Under the pieces are notes generated by a model. The model made no database searches. It was not told the origin of the DNA and saw only the letters and a program-made list of their open reading frames with translations. A DNA stretch of 45,615 bases from Nemertoderma westbladi (lineage: Eukaryota; Animalia; Xenacoelomorpha). How positions within the stretch are numbered: position 1 is the first letter of the stretch; the number at the start of each line of letters is the position of its first letter. A program made the position numbers and the translations under genes. Positions 36,411 to 45,615 of this stretch are shown here, in pieces. Where the stretch lies: positions 1 to 45,615 of the forward strand of contig JAUCBJ010005974.1 of the NCBI GenBank assembly GCA_032718475.1, written 5' to 3'.

Positions 36411-37873
36411 ATATCCAGGTAACAAATATAAATATTAATATTTACATACTCCGTTTGTAAAGTACGAATTAAATTTATTTCTATATATACTTTTTAAACT
36501 ATGAATCAATTTTAAAGAGGTTGTTAGATTTCTTAACTCAGTTTGTTACAATAATTGGCAACATACATTTCCTTACATATGATTTGTTATCTTTCACAAC
36601 AACTATATTTATCAAAGGTTTCTTCGTTTTATCTGGCAGACCCAGACAGGTTATTGAGGCAGAAAATTACATGCCACAAAGGCATTTAATTTTAGAAAGG
36701 ACGTCTATTAGACAGGAAATTTGGCCATTTGAAGTAAAATACAATATTAATGATATTGCACAGACGTTCTAACAGACATGTTATTTATTGATATACTGGA
36801 CTGCATGTCAGTTGCTATTCAAAATTTAGATCCGTCATGGAGGGAAAGAAATTAACTGAAACAAAAAAATTACTGAAATGATTTAGATGATGCGACTGGA
36901 GGATCACTGGACATCAGGACGTATTTCCAAAAGGTATTTTTATTCTGATTTTTGATAATGGTTACGCCAACCCAGGCTTTGCTGGGGTAATAATAATTAA
37001 ACCGCTTTGGGTATGCCGAGCATACCCGATATACGAATATATATATATATATATAAATATAATAATATTAATCAATATTATTATTATTATTATTATTATT
37101 ATTATGGTTAATTTTGTGCAGTTTACGATTATCTAAGCACAAAAATAAATTTGTACAACTGTAGAATAAATATCTTAATAAGAAAAGTACAAAGTTATTG
37201 GGATGCGAGTTCGGGTATAGATTGATTGTACAGGTGAGTGTGTAGTGCTTAGTACCGGGTAGAGCAAGGAAGGTGGCAGGCAAGGTTGGGAGAAGCAATC
37301 AGGAGTGAGCTAATGGAAAGGGGTTAAGTGCTTCCACAAATATTGTGGTGGAGACCTTGGTTGGGCACACCGTCGCTCAGTTCTGTGCTTGTTTTTTGTT
37401 TACTAAAGTCAAAGCGAGAGTTGATTATTCAGATGTGTCAAGTAAAGAAATTGTGTAATTTTAATATTGTCTATTTCAATCTGTGTTCTCCTGGTGCATG
37501 TTTAATCTATTATGGCCATTGTTGATATTAATATGCTGACAAAATCACAATCTAGGAACCCTTATTAGGATGTATAATTCCAACAATCAGTGGGAGATGC
37601 CTTTCATGTTGTATTAAAACACATATAAATCCGTAGGGTCGATGTGATATTTCTCAACCAACTCCAGAGCTAGTTAGGATTGCAATGCAACATAATTATG
37701 CTATGTGAAACAATAAGGGGATTGGGGAAGGGGATGGCGAAGGGGAACATGGAAATAGGGATTGCACAATTTATAATATTTTGATCCTTATGGATTCTGT
37801 ATACGAAATAATTTTCCATTACCGCAATATTTCTCGTGGGACTATAATATTAAAAAGTTGTCATCAAATGTCA

Positions 37874-38878
37874 ACGAACTAAAATACTGAACCAGCTGAA
37901 ACCACCTGAAACCACCTGAAACCAGCTGAAACCACCTGAAACCAGCTGAAACCACCTGAAACCAGCTGAAACAAGCTGAAACCAGCAGTAAACCACCTGA
38001 AACCAGCCGTGAAAACCAATAATATTAGTTTCTAGGGGAACTTAGATCTTGGCTGGAAACCAGGGGTGCTACCTTAGATCCTACACGCGAACTTAGATCC
38101 TACATGAGAACTTAGATCCTGAGACCATAGATACGAACGTAGATCCTGACACAAATAGAAACGAACTTAGATCCTGCGTGCGACCTTTGTCTGATCCGAT
38201 GTGCAGTTCATCACTTTGGCTACATTACAACAGTACAACAATTACGGTAGGCCTACAGTACAGCAGTAGTGACATTAACCAGTCTTAGCATATGTACTAT
38301 GCCTAGCATATCTGGAATACAGGAATAGCATCTGTCTGTACAGCTGTCTGTTCATACCCTGCGCCTGCATTTGTACCCATACTACATCAGTACATTACAC
38401 ACTGATCAGTCTGCCGGCACCACACACTGTCTGACCGACATACTGTACTGTGGGTTTCCTACTGTAAAAATAATTACAGTAGCCATATTGCAGGGTAGGG
38501 TAGGCCTACAGTAATTAATTTTTTTTAATTTAAAATTTAATTTTTAGTTTCTAAGTTCGTATGCAACAATCAATGTCGCACCTGTAGATTGCACTAAATT
38601 CGCATTTAGGATCTAAATATGCATTTAGGATCTAAGGTCGATCAGTAATATCACACCAAGAACTAATACCGTTTCTAAGATCCAAAGTCTCACAACTAGA
38701 TAGAGCCCGATCTAAGTTCGTGTCTAGGATCTAAGGTACACCCCTGGTTACCAGCCGAAATCTAACTTCCCCTAGAAACTAATATGATTGGTTTTCACAG
38801 CTGGTTTCAAGGTGGTTTACTGCTGGTTTCAGGTGGTTTCAGCTGGTTTCAGCTGGTTCAGTATTTTAGTTCGTACCC
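37874..38878. mobile_element. ~1-kb foldback element with >230-bp TIRs containing 11-bp (GAAACCASCT-type) and CTTAGATCCT subrepeats
   Basis: ACGAACTAAAATACTGAACCAGCTGAAACC / GGTTTCAGCTGGTTCAGTATTTTAGTTCGT; ATATTAGTTTCTAGGGGAA / TTCCCCTAGAAACTAATAT; no clear TSD. Confidence 0.88.
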
Positions 38879-38943
38879 TATAATACAAAATGACATTTTG
38901 TAAAAGACATTACATAAAAAAAAACATTCAGAAAAACTTTGAT

Positions 38944-41760
38944 TTAAAATATTTTAAATTCTGGCCATGCGCAGATTGTTGAACTAGAACTTTTTGTTTC
39001 AAGCAATATGATAATTTGTAGAAAGGTATGGGGAGAAAGAGGGATTATGTTATTGAAATGACTGTATATATTAGGCAGCATGTTATATTTAGATAGAAAA
39101 TCAGATATATAATTATTTCTTTGAACTGGAATAACATGACTGAGTATTGTGGTACCAAACTGTACTGCACCTATAGAAAAAAAAACTAAATGACATCTGG
39201 TTCGTGTAACAATTGGGGCGGAACACAATTAATTCAATTACTTGATAAACTCTGCATTTCCAGCTGCAATGCTGATACATTATAGGAAATGGAACTCTGG
39301 AATCAATACGTATTTTTATTATCCTCCAAGTTCATAATGTCCTTTATATTTACTAATAAAACTACTAATAATAATAGTACATTAACATTCTACGTCTAAG
39401 GTATGGTAGAATTGGATAGAAAATTCCATTGTTCTTAAGCAGATAAAGAAAGCAATACAGACAGACTATATTTTCCTTACACCTGGCCCACATTACCTTT
39501 ATCACTCCCAAATAGGTCTATCTGCAGATTGTTTACAATCTCTTCTCTCACTCTCTATTACTCTATTCTATAGAAGAAGGGGATGACTTGTCTGTAAAGG
39601 TATGATGGGTTGCTGGTGGAAAAAGTGATTGTGATCGCCTCTATCCAGGAGAACAAGAATAATGAAAAGCAAGAAGTTGAAATGTCACAAAAAAACTATC
39701 AACATAATAGTTTTGAATAATATCAGAGATCCAGTAGATTTATACTAGCATACCAATCGGAATTGTTTTCATAAAGGTTTAAGAATAGTTTCAAATAGTC
39801 AAATAGACCTTCCAACTGGAACCTGTCGGAGATTCAGCTGGAGAATCTGGTTTAACCTTGGCATTTTCTAGGCTCACTATTATGTAGATACAATATACTA
39901 CAAGCTACAATCATCTTCCCTTAATGTATACAAATCTTTACATTGTTATTAGCAAACATCAGGAAGGAGCAGAACTTTTCCATTGTCTCAATATTGTTCT
40001 GCCTTAGTTCCAGAAGCCACTAATCAACCCAAGGGATTTTCTTTCGATTTTGACGTACTTGTTACAACTGCTGCAAGCAATGTGTATAGTGAAGTGTATC
40101 ATTATCACTCCCCATTGGAACAGGGTTTGCAAGATTTTTTGACCACCTTATTTGAATGAAGGCCAAGTCTTGTCTTTACCATCCATGCCCATGGCAAGGC
40201 AATGAATGATCTGTCGGAAACGCAGTGAAACAGTTTCAACCCAGAACTTAACAACTCGTGTATTTACTAAGAATGAGAATGTTCTGGTAATTTTTCATAG
40301 TTTGGGACATGTGTGTAAATATATTTGCGAGAAGAAAGGCTTATTTGCAAGAAGGAAGTCTTTTAAAGGTGACATAAATTTCGGTTTATTTATAACAACA
40401 ATATAAGTGGTGGGGGCTCATGAATCAACTAGAATTTAAACTAAATTTAACGCAAATAGCAGCTGCTTAGTGCTTACGAGAATATGAAACTGTAAGGAAA
40501 ATGGACTGGGTAAGTCATAACTAAAAATATGTTACAGAACACAATAGTATGAATGGGAGCGGTTCCATTGGTAAGGTGCAGATAGTGGCTCAAATGAAAA
40601 AGTGATGAAAAAGTCATTCCAGCGTAAATTGGTGGCATACGAAACCCAATAAACACAAGGTTGGTATTTGCGACCTTTAATTATCTCCATAACTTTATAT
40701 ATGACTTACAGCATCCTGAATGCCTTTGATTGGTTACTTTGGGAAGACACATCCAAATCCAAATCCGATATATGAACTGGCCTATTGATACAGTGAAACT
40801 TGTGAATAACCAGTGCTCTGTCTCGTTTATTATTTGTGTTAGAAAACATGCCACTGTTATATTCTTATCACCCTTATTTGATAATGTTAAATCTGATTCA
40901 CAGAGATGGGATGTTAATGGAATTTGCTTCCATATCTACACCCCCCCCCCCCCCCCCCCCCCCCCCACTTCTTTTTCCATAATAATAATAATTTGCTGTT
41001 TTTGCATTGGCTCGGATATATTAACTAATTTATTGCATTCAGATAATGAACCTTCAGTTTCTATATAGGATATTTAAGTATATTGCAGAGTTTCACATTA
41101 TATTTTACAAATTGAAATACAATTACTAATGTGTCATGTCAATAGTAGTGCAATAAGCCTACGAAATGGTAATAAAATGTGACTGTACATGACATATACT
41201 AAAATTGCCTTTGATGTTATGTTAACTAGAAAATATCTGATGTTGATGTGTAGCCCTGATCCAGACACATGGAAAGAAATAAGGATGATTGCATTATTGG
41301 GGAGACCATCGGTTGTTTGAACTGGTCCTCTAAGGAGGATACAACATTTTTTTAATTTGTTTTAATTTCGATATTTTCATCAGATTGGATAAATATAGCA
41401 TTAAATATTAGCATCATGTGAACCTTACGATCTACCAGCAGACGTTGCTTTTGCCTTGGTAATATGAATATCATAATCGATTATTTACCAATGAACAAAA
41501 ATTCACTCTAAAATTAATCACAAATGGATTGTCTACTGTATCGTAATTAATTCTAACTATGACAGTTATGACAGCATGATTAACTTTCACATTGTTGGTT
41601 TCCTTATACCTGTAGATAGATGGAGTAGGTATGGGTGTCATTTTGGTTAGTGCAGGTATTCTGTGTGATTATAATCAGGTTGCTGAATTACGATAAATAC
41701 CAAACAGCAAATAGCTACAAAAACATAGATTATTCCTTCTCGTGGTAACTGTCCTTCCAT
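38944..41760 (-). pseudogene. Decayed receptor-like gene: signal/TM peptide, Eph-ectodomain-like motifs, Cys-rich repeat, LRRs
   Basis: ATG 41760 MEGQLPREGIIYVFVAICCLVFIVI with donor-like CAG|GTATAA at ~41609; VACFLTQIINETEHWLFTSF..GCCKSYIKLW; SCKPCSNGE..NDTLHYTHCLQ; LEMQSLSSN*INCVPPQLL; FNNIIPLSPHTF. Confidence 0.55.
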
Positions 41761-41816
41761 TGTGATTATTCATATTCACAAATTTATTAACGACTTTTAA
41801 AAATTACTGGACCTCA

Positions 41817-42051
41817 GAGACAGGGGGAACTTGACACAAATCTCACCTCTGCGGATTAATATATCTTCTTAATGTGAAATAAATATTATAAATTATGGGG
41901 AATGAGCATGTTACAGTGGCACGTTTTTATAACCAAAACAATAAACTGAAGTCAATAGATCAGTTTACAGTTACAATTTTGAGATTAATCAGCTATTACT
42001 TGGGTCGATTTTACCCTGGAGAGGTATAAATTTTGAAAGTCTCCACTCTCT
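41817..42051. mobile_element. MITE family A, diverged full-length copy
   Basis: GAGACAGGGGGAACTTGACAC, GTTACAGTGGCACG, TTAATCAGCT, CCCTGGAGAGG. Confidence 0.75.
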
Positions 42052-43299
42052 GGGGCCCCGTTTAGTTAAGATAGAATGGGGTTCAGGTTGGTAAGTAGCA
42101 AAGACATACAGTACATCACAATAATAGATAATTACTAGTAATTTCAGTAACGAATATTTTCTATTTATTCGAATGTTAGTCTACATAAATATTTAAAATA
42201 AAATAAACGAATTAGATCATTTAATTTACGTAAGTTAGATTAAAATGTCACTGAGGATATTGAATTACAACAATAAATGAGCTCTTACATATAAATTGAA
42301 AAGAAAGTCCCGAGAACGAGATCTCACATAACTGCCAGAAGAGAGGAGTGTTCCTGTTGCCTCTGATGTTTCGTGAATCAATTTCATTGTGAATTTCTGA
42401 GGAAATGGATGTTTGGAATGAAGGGGTTGTTTTCATAAAGCCTTCTGGTAAATCCCAGTAAGCATTATAAATGTAATTCGATCACCTCAGCTAATTCCCA
42501 ACTTGTTCATCTGTCTCTGTCATTGGTATATTGTCAGTTGCATATGCCTATAAATTTGACTTTCATTAATTTAATTTTTACATTATTATTATTTGCTTTA
42601 AATCTTATTGTGTCTTTGTGGAGGCGAAACACGTAAGTGGCAGAGTCATTACTATATAATAATATCTAGATTGGATCTCGTCATAAGTTTGCTTTTCTGT
42701 CTGTCCGTTAAGTCTGTATGTGTGTGTACAGTACTTAGATAGGGAAATTTGCCTTTCTGGAAATAGTAGCATCAGCAAAACACAGACAAACAGGCTCTAC
42801 TCTCACTCTGGCAATTGAGTTCCGGGAAATACATTCCCGCACAATTACCTATTAAAATTCAGGAACAGAGATTGTCCAGACTTGTCATCTGAAATATTGA
42901 AGTCCATACCATCAACTGCAGATAGTGAACCATGCAATGATACACTTACCGGTATTACTCATTAAAGATAAAATATTAAATTCGTCAGTGTTTATAGTGG
43001 CAAAGAAAAACCAATAAGTACCAATTAGCGAGGTGATCCAATTTTTTATTGCAAATTAAATATAATTGATTTGCAAAATGTTTGCACTGTGGGTGTTTGG
43101 TAAACCTTTTAATCAATTTAAACACATTTATTTACAAAACTTACCTTCTCTGCAGAAATCAGTATAGCCAATTATAACTAATATTATATATATATTTAAG
43201 TTAATATTTATTAATAGTTGGATTATTATCTGTCATCGTCAATTACTATAATTAGTATTGTAACCATACAGTATTATTATGTATTCTGTAAGTAAAATA

Positions 43300-44003
43300 A
43301 TAATAGAGAAAATATCCAAAAATCTCATTTCAAATTTTTTTCATATCATTTCATTTAGAGCAGATTTTTGTTAAGATTACAAATTTGAAATAAAACATAT
43401 ATTCTTAAATATTAACAGACGTTTTGACAAACAGGTTTAAACTTTAATGGTAATGTCTCGGAATGGCATTTTTGGAATTTCAATTTTAAATCACTACTCC
43501 TCCGCTATTTTTAAACCAATTTGTAAGTTTTTGGTCCCTAATTAAATACAGTGTGCGCAATAATAAAATTCGAGCAGTTTTTTAGTTTTTGCAATTTTTC
43601 ATTTGTTGTTATAAAATATTTTACGAAAAAAAAACAGTGCTTTTTTGAATATTTGAAAATTATTTTGTAAAATAGCGATTTTTTCCTTAAAAATTACGAA
43701 ACAAAAATTATTCTCATATTTTTTTCCCGTAATCGAACACGCTGATTCCAAATATACAGGTTACAACATCTGAAAATAAAGTATAACAAAGAAGTATAAT
43801 TATAAGTCAAAAATATATATTTTGGCTGGCTTTGGCCGCTACGGGGTCAATTTTTTTTTAATTTTTAAATGTTACTATTCAATAGTCAAGTCCCCACCCA
43901 AAAAGCATCTACACTTTATATTTCTACTTATTCGCTTTTTGGAGCAGTATGCATTTCAAAATTTTGACTTCCAAGCCAGTACCCCCCCCACCCCCCCCTC
44001 ACC
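43300..44003. mobile_element. Kolobok-like element, left end not resolved
   Basis: Ends CCAGTACCCCCCC..CACC|TTAA; shares subterminal motifs with 34068-34891. Confidence 0.55.
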
Positions 44004-44139
44004 TTAAATAAAAAACTATGTTGCGAAATTGTATTAGTATCACAGAGAGATATGTAATTATAAATATATCAGATCAAATATGCGCGTTCCGCCTTGGGGT
44101 TAATTGCCACTTTTGCTAACTGAAAAATGTACTAATGTT

Positions 44140-44213
44140 CTTACACTTTACTAATAGAAGTAATGTCTTACACTTTACTAATCGAAGTAATGTCTTACAC
44201 TTTACTAATAGAA
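44140..44213 (+). repeat. 27-bp tandem repeat CTTACACTTTACTAATAGAAGTAATGT, ~2.7 copies
   Basis: Seen directly. Confidence 0.85.
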
Positions 44214-44302
44214 CATTTATCAAACTGACAATTTAATTAAATGCGACTTCAATTAATTAATTGGCAATTTATTTAGCAGACACTTTATTTAAATTAACTC
44301 AT

Positions 44303-45292
44303 TGTTAACTAACTGGGACTAACTGTTAACTAACTGGGACTAACTGTTAACTAACTGGGACTAACTGTTAACTAACTGGGACTAACTGTTAACTAACTGG
44401 GACTAACTGTTAACTAACTGGGACTAACTGTTAACTAACTGGGACTATCTGTTAACTAACTGGGACTAACTGTTAACTAACTGGGACTAACTGTTAACTA
44501 ACTGGGACTAACTGTTAACTAACTGGGACTAACTGTTTTCTAACTGGGACTAACTGTTAACTAACTGGGACTAACTGTTAACTAACTGGGACTAACTGTT
44601 AACTAACTGGGACTAACTGTTAACTAACTGGGACTAACTGTTAACTAACTGGGACTAACTGTTAACTAACTGGGACTAACTGTTAACTAACTGGGACTAA
44701 CTGTTAACTAACTGGGACTAACTGTTAACTAACTGGGACTAACTGTTAACTAACTGGGACTAACTGTTAACTAACTGGGACTAACTGTTAACTAACTGGG
44801 ACTAACTGTTAACTAACTGTGACTAACTGTTAACTAACTGGGACTAACTGTTAACTAACTGGGACTAACTGTTAACTAACTGGGACTAACTGTTAACTAA
44901 CTGGGACTAACTGTTAACTAACTGGGACTAACTGTTAACTAACTGGGACTAACTGTTAACTAACTGGGACTAACTGTTAACTGGGACTAACTGTTAACTA
45001 ACTGGGACTAACTGTTAACTAACTGGGACTAACTGTTAACTAACTGGGACTAACTGTTAACTAACTGGGACTAACTGTTAACTAACTGGGACTAACTGTT
45101 AACTAACTGGGACTAACTGTTAACTAACTGGGACTAACTGTTAACTAACTGGGACTAACTGTTAACTAACTGGGACTAACTGTTAACTAACTGGGACTAA
45201 CTGTTAACTAACTGGGACTAACTGTTAACTAACTGGGACTAACTGGGACTAACTGTTACCTAACTGGGACTAACTGTTAACTAACTGGGACT
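44303..45292 (+). repeat. Highly homogeneous 21-bp minisatellite TGTTAACTAACTGGGACTAAC, ~47 copies
   Basis: Seen directly; only a handful of variant units. Confidence 0.97.
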
Positions 45293-45615
45293 CATTTTAA
45301 CTGCGATTTTACTTAAAAGAGACATAGCAACAACATTCCATTGGGATTAAAAACCGAAGAATATATTTACAGATTGAGTTTCTAATTTGAACGATTTTAA
45401 GAAAAAAATAAAATATAATATATAAGAAATGAAATTTATTGTATAGGAAAACCAACATTTATTTTAATGTACAAATTATTTAAGTAATGCTGATCAAGTT
45501 TTTTATATTTATGAAAGAATGGAAGCTTGGAAAATAACTTTATAAAGGAGAATCAGCTCCCAAGAGGCGACTAACCAATCACAGGACACTTGCTCTGAAT
45601 AGCTGCTTAGGGATT

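Noticed and set aside
36521-36935. hAT transposase remnant (LDP motif) or host exon
   Set aside because: Only one short motif; too degraded to support
36965-37030. Helitron 3' end (two GC hairpins)
   Set aside because: No CTRR terminus or matching 5' end found
37160-37338. Solo LTR (TGTAGAA...TTCCACA)
   Set aside because: No matching TSD and no second copy in the window
42600-42640. Second hammerhead (..GTCT..AGGC GAAACACGTA)
   Set aside because: The CUGANGA box is replaced by CTTATTG and stem I is not evident; CTGATGA at ~41377 (-) and CTGTTGA at ~29599 also lack stems
42248-42950. Terminal exons of another minus-strand gene
   Set aside because: Coding-like composition but no recognisable motif, with stops in all frames

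Overview
AT-rich, repeat-dense eukaryotic DNA that looks like an invertebrate animal genome; the species cannot be assigned. I see no intact host gene. Two layers are visible. (1) Transposon debris: two CRE-type (restriction-like endonuclease) retrotransposons, a young 5'-truncated RTE LINE with an intact 581-codon RT ORF inserted into one of them, two older RTE fragments, L2/CR1-type, Penelope, BEL and Gypsy remnants, a tRNA-derived SINE, TTAA-flanked Kolobok-like elements, Helentron-like elements, MULE-like elements with 8-9 bp TSDs and several MITE families, plus two large minisatellites (26-bp G-rich and 21-bp). (2) Between the TEs, minus-strand sequence repeatedly translates into stop- and frameshift-broken leucine-rich-repeat (LRR) and Cys-rich fragments. 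This suggests a tandem cluster of decayed LRR-receptor genes, one with a signal peptide and Eph-like ectodomain motifs. A near-canonical minimal hammerhead ribozyme next to a Pol III B-box lies at 2492-2545 (-). All calls were made by eye, with no searches run.
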